Assembly (NCBI GenBank): GCA_963696385.1
Contig: CAVOKF010000004.1
Location: 736,001-800,000 of the forward strand
Origin: an uncultured delta proteobacterium
GTDB taxonomy: Bacteria > Myxococcota_A > Polyangia > Polyangiales > Polyangiaceae
DNA: 64,000 bases
Reading direction: 5' to 3'
Below, one piece after another: positions 1 through 9,492 of the stretch. The position numbers and the translations under genes are program-made. The number at the start of each line of letters is the position of its first letter. Within the stretch, counting starts at the first letter, position 1. Below the pieces are notes generated by a model. That model made no database searches and was not told where the DNA came from. It saw only the letters and a program-made list of their open reading frames with translations.

Positions 1-754
1 GCCCGATGCTCGCGCTTGGCATCGACCGAGCCACGGTCGACTTGAAGCAGTAGTCGAGTACGAGGAGCGTTGCCGTGGAAAGCACGACGCTCAGCGCGAT
101 GCGGGACAATAGCGGCTGATCGCGAAGCGCACGCCACGTATCGGTCAGGGTCGGCGCCGCCTCGGGTCCGAAGCGCCGCTCGTCGCCGCCGACTCGCAGC
201 AGAGCCGTGCAAGCCATCAAAAAAAATGCCGCCGAGACGAGCAGGAGCGCCTTGACCGACAGCACGAGCAGCAGCGCTGCGGCCGTTCCGGATCCGACGA
301 TACCGCCCAGAACACCCGCGGCGGCAATCAAGCCGAACAGCCGTCGGCTCTGTGCGACCGTGAGGGCCTTGCCGACCAGCGTCCAGAATTGCGGGACGAC
401 GATCGATCCAACCAGGCCGCTCACCACGTATACGGCCATGGCGGACGGCGTGCTCGCCGGGACGGCAAAGAGGGCGATGGCCAGGACCGCCGCGATGGCC
501 AACGTTCCTCCCAAAGACAGGCGCGCCCCGAAGCGCTCGGCCGCGAGTGCGGCCAGCGATGCGGCCGGCCATGCGCACACCGCGATGGCGATGTAGACGA
601 TCCCGAGCGCCCGCGGCCCCGGGCCCGCAAGCAGGAGGGCGTCGCGGGCGGCTTCGAGCACGGTGTGCCCGGTGATGATGAGCAAGAGGACGGACGCGAA
701 CCCCAGCAGGGCCACACGCCCTTCGCCGTCGCGCACGTCCAGGAGGCGAGGCAT
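1..754 (-). CDS. NTT/TLC (ADP/ATP carrier-like) MFS-fold membrane protein, N-terminal part; runs off the left edge
   Basis: Not in the ORF track. Hand translation from ATG 754: MPRLLDVRDGEGRVALLGFASVLLLIITGHTVLEAARDALLL...FWTLVGKALTVAQSRRLFGLIAAAGVLGG, carrying the RDAL and FW...RLF..I...G..GG signatures of this family. Confidence 0.7.
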   Translation of the reverse strand, partial: MPRLLDVRDGEGRVALLGFASVLLLIITGHTVLEAARDALLLAGPGPRALGIVYIAIAVCAWPAASLAALAAERFGARLSLGGTLAIAAVLAIALFAVPASTPSAMAVYVVSGLVGSIVVPQFWTLVGKALTVAQSRRLFGLIAAAGVLGGIVGSGTAAALLLVLSVKALLLVSAAFFLMACTALLRVGGDERRFGPEAAPTLTDTWRALRDQPLLSRIALSVVLSTATLLVLDYCFKSTVARSMPSASIG

Positions 755-780
755 GGCTCGACGCAATCGAGAAGGCTCGT

Positions 781-1563
781 TCAGGGCTTGGCAAATAGCA
801 ACGCGAACCGATCGCTTGTCCCCCGCCGCTCCGCGGCCGCCTCCGGGGAGTCGTTCCAGTCGCGCGAATCCGAGGGGTTGCGCAGAAAGCTTCCTTCGCG
901 TTCCAACACGAAACCGGCTTGTTGCACTTCCGATCGCACGACCGCCTCGTCGATGCGATGCAGCGTGTGCACGTCGGCGATCCCGGTCCCGGGCCGGGCG
1001 CTATGATCGATGACGGCGTATTTGCCGCCCTTCTTGAGCGCAGCGAACACCGCGCGATTCATCGCCCCGCGATCGACGCCCAGCCAAACCGTGTCGTGAT
1101 ACACGAGGTTGATGACGACCCTATCGAGATCGCTTGCCTCGGGCGGAAACGGCTCGTCAAGTTCTCGGTCCACCCGCACGATATTCTTCGCGGCCGGCGT
1201 GGACAGCCGTTTCGTCCAAGCCCCTTCGGATCCCTGCAGGATGATCCGAGGATTCTCGGCGTAGACCACACCGGTCGGCGCGACCGCTCGCGCGAGGATC
1301 TCTGCGGTATACCCCGCGCCAGCCGCCAGCTCTCCGACGCGCATCCCTGGTACGATACCGAGGAACGTCAACATTTCTGCCGGGTGTCGACCCGGGTCGA
1401 GCAGCCGGTCCGAGGGCGAACGATCGGGCGCCGCGACGAGGGCGCGAGCCTCGGAGGATGCGATCCGGGGTGTGGGCTCGGGCACGGGTGCCGATGGAGC
1501 GGGGCAGGCCGAGGCGGTTGCGACGGTCGCCGCGGCGCAGAGGGCGACGTAAAAAAGGCGCAC
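781..1563 (-). CDS. Predicted exported class I SAM-dependent methyltransferase (COG4798-like)
   Basis: Signal/lipobox-like N-terminus; D..R.P.E.L.F, ELAAGAGYT SAM motif, YHD, LKKGG..AVIDH, HRID, GTSDRF. Confidence 0.85.
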   Translation of the reverse strand: MRLFYVALCAAATVATASACPAPSAPVPEPTPRIASSEARALVAAPDRSPSDRLLDPGRHPAEMLTFLGIVPGMRVGELAAGAGYTAEILARAVAPTGVVYAENPRIILQGSEGAWTKRLSTPAAKNIVRVDRELDEPFPPEASDLDRVVINLVYHDTVWLGVDRGAMNRAVFAALKKGGKYAVIDHSARPGTGIADVHTLHRIDEAVVRSEVQQAGFVLEREGSFLRNPSDSRDWNDSPEAAAERRGTSDRFALLFAKP

Positions 1564-1756
1564 CTCGTTGAGATGCTTCGGCGCCGCGCTTCGTGACGGT
1601 CGCCGCGCGAGACTGCCGCCGGCGTCCGATTCCGCCGCCCCTTGCGCCGGGGGCTAACCGGTCACCGCGACGCCCGCGCTCTCGACTCCTCGCACGGCGC
1701 TCCATCGGACGTGCCGAGCGACGATCCGACCGAAGTCCATGACCGTGTCATCGTTT

Positions 1757-3487
1757 CTAGCGCTCGATCCCCACCAGACGGTATCCGCGAGTCGGTCCGA
1801 GATCGTACAAATGCACCCGCAGCGGTGCCTCGGAGACACCGTCCTGCAGCGCAACATGGACATAGCGGCTCGGCGCGTCGTCTGGTTCCCCGCCGTCTCT
1901 TGCGACGTGACCGAGGTCCACGCACAAGCGCGCGCCCTCGCCCTTTGCAACGGGCAGGATGACTCCGCCGTCCATGCGTACGACGTAGCGGAAACCATCG
2001 GATTTTCGCACACGGCGCGACGCGGCCAGGTCGACGGCGCAGAGTCGGTCGCCCCTTTCGATCTGCACGGAGGCGATGGGCGATAGCCGTGTGAGATACC
2101 GCTCGAGGATGCGTTCGAGCCGTCCCTCGAGCACGCGAGCGACGTACGCGGTATTCCGCGGATCGGTGAATCGCCCTGCCTCGGCGAGCGCAAGGACCAT
2201 CTCCGGAGTGAAGCGCGCGAGGATGCGTGCCATCCAGGCGGCGTCGCGCTCGGTCATCCGTGCGAACGCCGGATTCGGATATTCGTTCTTCCACCGGTCG
2301 GGAACGAAGTGATCGGCGTCGAAGTAGCCGAAGACTTCGTACCCGGCGACTCGGTTGCGGTCCCACGGGCGCAACGGGATTCCCAGGGTCAAAAAGTCCG
2401 ATGCGATGTCGGCCCAATCGACGATATAGGAGTAGCCCATGCGTCGGGTGATGGCTTCTTGGGGCCAGTTCGCCCCGAGGCAGTCGCCCCAGTCGAGGTA
2501 CGAGTGGACCACCCGGCCGGGCGAGGAGTCGGGGTCGCTCGGGCGATTCGCGAGCCAGATGTCCATGCCGTTTTTCTCGTTGCTGTCGACGTGTCCGAGC
2601 CATGCCGCCAACAAGCGATCGGCGCGTAGTTCGCGACGGTCCTCGTGCGGCACGACGTCGTTCGGATCGTCGGCGCGCATCCCTTCGTAGCGAAAGGGGC
2701 CCAACAGCCGCCCCGGCAGCCACGCCGACGCAAGCATGCGGACGCTGTCGCCACGACGGGGTGCAGCGCGCAGGATTCGGTCGAGCGCTTCGCGATCGAA
2801 ATCACGCTCGTCGCCCAATGTCGAGAATTTGTAGCGTAGCCCTCGGGTGAGCTTTAAGGTCGACGGCTTGAAGTAGACGACTTGCTCGCAAGTCGTGTTG
2901 TAACCGACGGCGTGATACGCGGCCGAGGCGATGACGGTGGCCGCGCTCGACAGCTCCGGCTGATCGGGGTCATCGAGCTTGAATAGGTACCTGCCTTTGC
3001 CTGGAATGTTCACGCGAAAGCCGGGCGAATTGCCGCTCGTCTTGCCCTTGTCGATGACCCAGCTGCCGTCGGTGGCACTGTCGGCATCGATCAGCAACGA
3101 CGAATCGCAAGCTCCGAGCACGAGCTCGTCGCGGCTCATGGGCCTCACGCCCAGGCGGTTGGTGAACCAGGAAGAGTCGGGCACCTCGTCGAGGCTGTTG
3201 ACGTCCACGGACTCGTCGCTCACAGCGATGCCGAGAGTCTGCGACAGCGGGCGAAAAAGAACGTTGTCGGCCTCGTCCCAGAATTGGGGGGACACGTACG
3301 CCTGTGGCGCGCAGGATACGTGCCGCGGGTTCGTTGCCGTCGGTTCCAGGTGACAAGGCGCCATGACCGAGCCAAGGTCACCGTCCTGCCAGAGGGGCTC
3401 TCGCAGCGGAAAGCGACGCTCCGCGTGAGCGCACGATGCGATCGCCAAGCACTCGATCAAGGCGAGGGAGCGAGCCTGAGAACGCAT
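1757..3487 (-). CDS. Lipoprotein with an atypical protein-kinase-like (HipA/CotH/PI3K-like) fold, function unknown
   Basis: Lipobox LAIASC; GKTSGNSPGF Gly-rich loop, YLFK, helix-C-like ELSSAA, WLGHVDSNEKN (DxxxxN) and YLDWG (DFG-like). Confidence 0.6.
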   Translation of the reverse strand: MRSQARSLALIECLAIASCAHAERRFPLREPLWQDGDLGSVMAPCHLEPTATNPRHVSCAPQAYVSPQFWDEADNVLFRPLSQTLGIAVSDESVDVNSLDEVPDSSWFTNRLGVRPMSRDELVLGACDSSLLIDADSATDGSWVIDKGKTSGNSPGFRVNIPGKGRYLFKLDDPDQPELSSAATVIASAAYHAVGYNTTCEQVVYFKPSTLKLTRGLRYKFSTLGDERDFDREALDRILRAAPRRGDSVRMLASAWLPGRLLGPFRYEGMRADDPNDVVPHEDRRELRADRLLAAWLGHVDSNEKNGMDIWLANRPSDPDSSPGRVVHSYLDWGDCLGANWPQEAITRRMGYSYIVDWADIASDFLTLGIPLRPWDRNRVAGYEVFGYFDADHFVPDRWKNEYPNPAFARMTERDAAWMARILARFTPEMVLALAEAGRFTDPRNTAYVARVLEGRLERILERYLTRLSPIASVQIERGDRLCAVDLAASRRVRKSDGFRYVVRMDGGVILPVAKGEGARLCVDLGHVARDGGEPDDAPSRYVHVALQDGVSEAPLRVHLYDLGPTRGYRLVGIER

Positions 3488-3569
3488 ATTCTACGGAAAG
3501 CGTGGCCCGGCCGACGAGTCGCCCGCCCGCTGACGTTTGGCGCGAACGGGCCCGTCACGACCCGGGCGA

Positions 3570-3842
3570 ATGAACATCCAACTCCCGGCGATGGCGGCGA
3601 ACGTTTCGTGCAACTCGTGCAAGTGGTGCGCCGACCACCTCGGCGACTACGCCGAGGGCCTTCTCGAGCACGACTTGCAAACCGCGTTGCAAGCCCATGT
3701 CGCTTCTTGCTCGCACTGTACCCGTCTGGTCCATGACTATCTGGCGATCCCAAGAGTCGTTCGGCGCGGCACCGATTGCGAGATGCCGCAGGAAGTCCAA
3801 AGCCGCCTGCGTAGACGGCTCGCGATGAGCTCGAAATCTTGA
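3570..3842 (+). CDS. Soluble zinc-binding anti-sigma factor (zf-HC2/ZAS)
   Basis: HVASCSHC (HxxxCxxC) motif plus upstream Cys residues; no transmembrane segment; next to an ECF sigma gene. Confidence 0.8.
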   Translation: MNIQLPAMAANVSCNSCKWCADHLGDYAEGLLEHDLQTALQAHVASCSHCTRLVHDYLAIPRVVRRGTDCEMPQEVQSRLRRRLAMSSKS

Positions 3843-4004
3843 CGGCGCGATCGTGCGCGAATTTTGCGCATTTCCGCATGCTCTGCGGGTCTTTCCACCC
3901 CGCGTACATGAACTTCAACCCCGGATCGCCAAGACCCGCGCCCCCGAGCTCACAGGGTCCGCTGGCAGCGGGGTGGCCCTGCGATTGCACGGACTGCCGA
4001 TACC

Positions 4005-4604
4005 ATGCTCGTCAGCACCACGGAAGCGTTGACCACGGACGAGGCGCTCGCGGAACAGGCGCGACGAGGCATCCAGAGCGCGTTCGTCGTGTTGGTGACG
4101 CGTTACCAGAAGCGCATCTACCGTCTCGCCATGCGCATGTCGCGAAACGCGAGCGACGCGGAGGAAATCACACAAGAAACCTTCCTGCGTGCGCATCGCG
4201 GGATCAGCACCTTTCACGGCGCATCGCGCTTTAGGACGTGGCTCTACCGAATCGCCATGAACGAGGCACTCATGCGTTGGCGGTCGGCTAAGCGTCGTCC
4301 AACCGAGTCGCTCGACGTCGCCTTGCCCCGGTTCGCCGACGTTGCAGCGGCGGCCTCGGCTCCTTCGGAGCGCGCGGACGATCTGGTCGGAAGCAAGGCA
4401 CTGATGCAGCATGTGCGAGAGGCTCTCGACCGGCTCGACGAAGAGCACCGATCGGCGCTGGTCTTGCGGGACCTGGAGGAATGGACAGCGGAAGAGGCGG
4501 CAGAGGTGCTCGGTGTTTCGCCGGATGTCGTTCGACAGCGCGCGCATCGAACGCGTTTGAAACTGCGCGAGATGCTGGCGGGCTTCCTGACCGACGGCAC
4601 GTGA
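4005..4604 (+). CDS. ECF RNA polymerase sigma-70 factor
   Basis: Region 2 DAEEITQETFLRA...FRTWLYRIAMN; region 4 LVLRDLEEWTAEEAAEVLG. Confidence 0.93.
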   Translation: MLVSTTEALTTDEALAEQARRGIQSAFVVLVTRYQKRIYRLAMRMSRNASDAEEITQETFLRAHRGISTFHGASRFRTWLYRIAMNEALMRWRSAKRRPTESLDVALPRFADVAAAASAPSERADDLVGSKALMQHVREALDRLDEEHRSALVLRDLEEWTAEEAAEVLGVSPDVVRQRAHRTRLKLREMLAGFLTDGT

Positions 4605-5494
4605 GCTTGCGGTGCCGAACGATCGGTCTCGCGATCCTCCTGGCGCTGCTCGGTTCGTCGACCGCTCGCGCCACCGACGGGGTGTCGCTTCCGGCGCAAT
4701 GGGATCCGCGATGGACGCACGCCGGTCCCGACGACTATGCGCTGACCGGCGGCGGTCTCGCAACGCTGGCTTTCGAGGCGACGTTCCTGCAGGGTGAACA
4801 ACCTGCACTGCACTGGACCGGCCCCATCCTTTTCGACCGGGCCGTCCGGGACGTGCTGCGCGGCTCGACGGCCCAAACCCGCGACGCGGCGGCGGTGGCG
4901 AGCTGGTCGATTCTGGCGCTGGACATCGCCTACCCGCTTTTCGACGTGCCGTACGCGTGGCGACGCTACGGATCGGCGCTGGCCTGGGATCTCTTCTGGC
5001 AAGACGCGACGGCGATCTCGCTCGTCAGTGCCACCGACTTGGCTCTTCGCGACGTCATCGGTCGAGCGCGTCCCATGGTGAGCGACTGCTTGGCTGCCGG
5101 CGGCAGCGCGAGCCAGTGCCTCGGCGACAACACGGAGGCCACGCGCTCGTTTCCCGGGGGACATTTCGCCATAGCCACGACGGCCGCGGTTCTCGTGTGC
5201 ACCCAGCATCTGGCCATCCACCTGTACGGCTCGCCTTGGGATGCCCTTACGTGCGCAACGGCTCTGACGGTGGACGCGGCGGTCGGTACGTTGCGTCTGG
5301 TCACCGACAACCACTGGGCCTCCGACATCCTCGCGGGCGGTGCGCTCGGATTCGCGTTCGGCTGGGGTGTTCCGGTCGTCATGCATCTGCACGCACACGC
5401 CGCTCGATCCGGCCCCGGCCCCCTCGCGATCGCGGTTCCGATGCCTTTGTCGGTCCATCACGGGGCGGGGCTCGGCATCACCGGCTGGTTCTGA
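4601..5494 (+). CDS. PAP2-family phosphatase
   Basis: GTG overlaps the sigma stop (GTGA); GRARP, SFPGGH and R...DNHWASD motifs. Confidence 0.85.
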   Translation: MSLRCRTIGLAILLALLGSSTARATDGVSLPAQWDPRWTHAGPDDYALTGGGLATLAFEATFLQGEQPALHWTGPILFDRAVRDVLRGSTAQTRDAAAVASWSILALDIAYPLFDVPYAWRRYGSALAWDLFWQDATAISLVSATDLALRDVIGRARPMVSDCLAAGGSASQCLGDNTEATRSFPGGHFAIATTAAVLVCTQHLAIHLYGSPWDALTCATALTVDAAVGTLRLVTDNHWASDILAGGALGFAFGWGVPVVMHLHAHAARSGPGPLAIAVPMPLSVHHGAGLGITGWF

Positions 5495-5657
5495 CGACCG
5501 TTGGCCGTGGGGTCAGCCGCCGTCGAATGTCCTCGGCCGATCGCCAAAGGGCTCGGATCCACCTCCGCGTTTGCGCTTGCGGCGCTCACCCGAGTCCACG
5601 TCGACATCGACGTGGGTCCACCCGCTCCGGGCCGACCCCACGCCGGGCTTCGGTCGC

Positions 5658-6062
5658 TCACCGCTTTTTCTTGGATGCCTTTTTTGCGCCCTTCTTCGCC
5701 GGCTTGGCCTTCGACCAGACGCCCAGTGTCGCGCCCGTCGGATCTGCGAAGATCCCGATGATGCCATTCTTGCCGATATCCATCGGTGGCAGGACGACCT
5801 TGGCGCCGCCCTTCTCCGCCTTCGCGAGGATCTTCTTCACGTTGTCCACTTCGACATACGGCAACCATGTGACCGGAGCTCCGGGCATAGGTTGCGCTTG
5901 AATGCCGCCTCCGGGCCCCTTGCCGGCGGCGATCATCGTGTAGACGCCGCCGTCCCCCATCGGCGTATCGGTCAACTTCCAATCGAAGAGTTTCTTGTAG
6001 AATTTCTTTGCAGCACCGAGGTCTCCGGTCGTCAATTCGATGTGGGCAAACGGATTGGCCAT
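5658..6062 (-). CDS. VOC/glyoxalase family protein with Lys-rich tail
   Basis: Start MANPFAHIEL after a GGAGAG RBS; FYKKLFDW, WLPYVEV, DPTGATLGVW. Confidence 0.88.
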   Translation of the reverse strand: MANPFAHIELTTGDLGAAKKFYKKLFDWKLTDTPMGDGGVYTMIAAGKGPGGGIQAQPMPGAPVTWLPYVEVDNVKKILAKAEKGGAKVVLPPMDIGKNGIIGIFADPTGATLGVWSKAKPAKKGAKKASKKKR

Positions 6063-6249
6063 GGGCTCTCTCCTGGGAAAATCGGGGATGTCAGCATCGC
6101 TCGCGCCGAGCGTGTCACCCAAGAGACCACGTTCTTGTCCCGAATCAAAGGTCGCGGGGGCCGAGGTTGTTCGTTGCGGTTCGAGTGGAGCGCGGCTTAG
6201 AGCGGCGCCGCGGGAGGCCCAGCGCGAGGATTGATGGTATGCCGTCGAC

Positions 6250-7695
6250 GTGGCGTCCGGCCCTCGCGCATCTGCAGATACGACGGCGCCCTCGTCCTCC
6301 CTGGGTGCCGGAGCCTCGGCGCGCATCCAGCAGCTTCATTGGGTCCACGGCCCCGATTGCGAGAAGGGTCCGCGCGATCGGCGCGATGAGGATTGTCTTC
6401 CCGAGCGGGCCTCCCGTGTGACGATCGACACGGACGAACTGGTTCTCGGCCGGGAACCCGAGGGCGCGAGGACGCTGGTGGTTTCTGACAAACGCGTATC
6501 TCGCATTCACGCCGCATTCGCTCGCGACGGCGCCACGGGTGACATGTGCGTTGCCGACCGCGGTAGCCGCCACGGCACCATCGTGGACGGAAATCGAATC
6601 GAGGGTGCCACCCGGCTGGTCCACGGGAGTGTCATCCGCCTGGGCGAATCCATCTTCGTTTTCACCGATTCACTGCTGCGGATGGAGGAGGCGAAAGCCC
6701 TGGCGCCCGAGACGCCTGCCTTGCGGGGAACGAGCCTTTCCATGCAGCGGGTGCGCGGGGAGATCGCGCTCGTCGCGCCCCGTTCGCTGCCTGTGCTCAT
6801 TCTCGGCGAAACAGGGGTCGGCAAGGAGCTCGTCGCGCAGGAGATCCATCGCCAGAGCCGACGGAGCGGGCCGCTCTTGGCCGTGAACTGCGCCGCCATC
6901 GCTGCAACACTCGCGGAGACGGAGCTGTTCGGGCACGCCGCGGGCGCATTCACGGGGGCGACGCAAAGAAGCGACGGAGTGTTCGTGGCGGCAGACCAAG
7001 GAACTCTCTTTTTGGACGAGATCGCAGAGCTTCCGCTCGCCCTTCAACCCAAACTGTTGCGCACCCTTGCAACCGGTGAGGTCCGCCCTGTCGGCCGAAC
7101 CGACTCGCGCAGGGTCGACGTGCGTCTCGTCGCGGCCACCCACGGCGATCTGCAAGGGGCCGTCGACCGGGGCGGCTTTCGGGGGGACCTCTTGGCTCGG
7201 CTCGCTGGGTGGACTCTCCGGGTGCCACCGCTTCGCGAGCGCCGGGAGGACATTGTCGGACTCGCACGACTCTTTCTCAAGCGGGTCGCCGCCGATCTTC
7301 GCTTGTCGGCCGGGTGCGTCGAGGCGCTCGTGCTGGGCGAGTGGCGATACAACGTTCGCGAGCTCGAGCAGGTGTTGGCGGCCGCGGCCATCCGCGCCGA
7401 TCGTGGCGTCATCCGTCCGGAGCATTTGCCCGAGGCGATGGCGCGTCCGGTGCTGGAGCGTACGGCGGTTCGATCCGATGCCGCGCGGGCCCCGCTGCAA
7501 GCGCTGGTTTCGCCGGACGCGATCCCGGACGCCGATGGACTCGGGCGCGTCGTGCAATGGTTTGACGGCAACATCGCTCGGGTCGCCAGTTACTTCGGCA
7601 AGGATCGAAAGCAGATTTACCGTTGGGCCGACCGACTCGGCGTCGATCTCCAATCCGCGCGCACAGCCGTCGGCACGGACGACGAGGCAGGCTGA
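6250..7695 (+). CDS. FHA-domain sigma54-dependent enhancer-binding protein
   Basis: FHA (GR..., SRIH, D.GS.HGT); AAA+ [26 protein letters not shown]-terminal HTH. Confidence 0.93.
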   Translation: MASGPRASADTTAPSSSLGAGASARIQQLHWVHGPDCEKGPRDRRDEDCLPERASRVTIDTDELVLGREPEGARTLVVSDKRVSRIHAAFARDGATGDMCVADRGSRHGTIVDGNRIEGATRLVHGSVIRLGESIFVFTDSLLRMEEAKALAPETPALRGTSLSMQRVRGEIALVAPRSLPVLILGETGVGKELVAQEIHRQSRRSGPLLAVNCAAIAATLAETELFGHAAGAFTGATQRSDGVFVAADQGTLFLDEIAELPLALQPKLLRTLATGEVRPVGRTDSRRVDVRLVAATHGDLQGAVDRGGFRGDLLARLAGWTLRVPPLRERREDIVGLARLFLKRVAADLRLSAGCVEALVLGEWRYNVRELEQVLAAAAIRADRGVIRPEHLPEAMARPVLERTAVRSDAARAPLQALVSPDAIPDADGLGRVVQWFDGNIARVASYFGKDRKQIYRWADRLGVDLQSARTAVGTDDEAG

Positions 7696-7853
7696 CTCGC
7701 CGCCGACGAGGGAGCGCCGTTTGACGGCAGCCAGGGAGGCCCCGCGGCAGCTCGTCCGCCCGATCGCGCTCTTCGTCGGTAATATGGCGATCCCGCCCGA
7801 TCGCGCTGGCCCTTGAAGGTGCGTTGCGGGCAACATGGATCAAGCGAAAAAAC

Positions 7854-8591
7854 GTGAAAACCACTTTGCCGCTGCGTCTGCGAGCCTTGGGTGCGGCCGT
7901 TGCCACGATGTCGATGGCGTGGGCTTCTGGCTGTTCCTCGACCGAGACCAATCTGCCGCTTGTCGGAAACTGCGACGCCCACTGCTCCTTGCCGAGCGAG
8001 AGCGTCGGGATTTCGGCAGCCCAGTCGAGCGAAGCGGGGTCGGGGGCATGTCCCGTCGAGACGACAGACTCTCTTTGTCTTCAATGTCTCAGCGCCGATT
8101 GCTGTACGACGCTCAACGCGTGCGGATCGACCGCGGAGTGCCAAAATTTGGTCAACTGCGAGGGGGCTTGCACGGGCGCGGCGTGCACCGCCGGCTGCGA
8201 GCAGGCCTTTCCGAATGGCGCCATCGCCCTCGAGGCGCTGAAGGCGTGCGAGTCGGCCCAATGCCAGGTGTGCAGTCAGCTGGGCGTCGGTGATTCGTGC
8301 TACGTCGCAGGATCCACGTGCAACGCCGGACTGTCGTGCACCGGTCTCTGGTGCACCGAAGCCTGCGCGCTCACGTCCGATTGCGTGGGGCTCGGCGCGG
8401 CCGGCGGCAACTCGCTGGGCCAACCCAACGCCTGCATCCAAGGCGCGAGCGGCAGCGACACGTGCGTTCCGGGTTGCACGGCGGATTCGGACTGCCAATC
8501 GTTCCCGGGCACGTATTGTCTCTCGACGACCTCCGTGGCCGGTCTGTCCGTGATGGTGTGCACGAGCCCTCCCGACGCCGGCCCCGGCTGA
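7854..8591 (+). CDS. Cys-rich myxobacterial lipoprotein
   Basis: Lipobox ASGC; dense Cys repeats (CLQCL..DCC, C...C...C). Confidence 0.7.
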   Translation: MKTTLPLRLRALGAAVATMSMAWASGCSSTETNLPLVGNCDAHCSLPSESVGISAAQSSEAGSGACPVETTDSLCLQCLSADCCTTLNACGSTAECQNLVNCEGACTGAACTAGCEQAFPNGAIALEALKACESAQCQVCSQLGVGDSCYVAGSTCNAGLSCTGLWCTEACALTSDCVGLGAAGGNSLGQPNACIQGASGSDTCVPGCTADSDCQSFPGTYCLSTTSVAGLSVMVCTSPPDAGPG

Positions 8592-8661
8592 AGTCTCTAC
8601 GCGCGCCGAGTCGATGAGTCGGTCGAACGCTCGACGGGTCGGCTCACGGCGATCCGGTTCG

Positions 8662-9411
8662 TCAGTCGAAAGAGGGCGAGCCCTGAAATACATAAGACCC
8701 GACGTGCCGGAGTCGGCTTCGAGTGTCGAGCCAGATCTTGCCGCCGATGCGCCGCCAGCGGTGACAGAAAGTGAAATCCTCGCTCAGGAACGTGCCGGTT
8801 TCTGGCTCGATCATGCAATCGAACAGAGTGTACAGGTTCGAGCTTTGGCGCGCCGGAGCCGGGTAGGTGTGCATGGCCCCGTAGTGCGTCTCAGGGTAGG
8901 CAGCGACCAGCCGCTCGACGACTGTCCTCCGAATCAGCATGAATCCCGTTCCGGCAAATTGCGCCGTGACGAAGCCATCGCGCTCCTCACGGTCGCTCGC
9001 GGACAGGGGTACTCCCACGTAGTGCAGCCCGGCCTCCCGCAGCTGGTCCACGGTGAGGCTCTCGGTGGCCGATCGCCGCGCGGCTTGTGACCAGTCCAGG
9101 TTCTTGACGGGGTACATTCCCGCAACGACATCCTCGTCGAAAGCGAGAAGACGCCCCACCTCCTGCGGTTCGAACCCCGTATCCGCATCGATGAACAGCA
9201 GGTGAGTGGCGTCGGGGCTGTCGAGGAATCCGGCGAGGATGCTGTTTCGGCTGCGCGTAACGAGTGAGTCGTGGGCCGCCGTCCATAGGCCAACCCGGAT
9301 GTTGTGCGTGCTGGCGTACGCCATCAGCTTCAACATCGAGTGAAGGTAAACGTGCGTGACGAGACCGGCGTAGCACGGTGTTCCGACGATCACGTTCGGG
9401 GGCGACGGCAT
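8662..9411 (-). CDS. GT-A-fold glycosyltransferase-like protein
   Basis: Likely start MPSPPNVIVGTPCYAG; LLFIDAD (DxD), GTGFMLI, LSEDFTFC.RW, H.G. Confidence 0.75.
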   Translation of the reverse strand: MPSPPNVIVGTPCYAGLVTHVYLHSMLKLMAYASTHNIRVGLWTAAHDSLVTRSRNSILAGFLDSPDATHLLFIDADTGFEPQEVGRLLAFDEDVVAGMYPVKNLDWSQAARRSATESLTVDQLREAGLHYVGVPLSASDREERDGFVTAQFAGTGFMLIRRTVVERLVAAYPETHYGAMHTYPAPARQSSNLYTLFDCMIEPETGTFLSEDFTFCHRWRRIGGKIWLDTRSRLRHVGSYVFQGSPSFD

Positions 9412-9492
9412 GGCGTTCAGGGTACCACCCGCCCCGCGCGCCTCGAGCCGCCGCGTGCAAGCCACGTTACAAGTGTTAGCGTGGCTGGCGCG

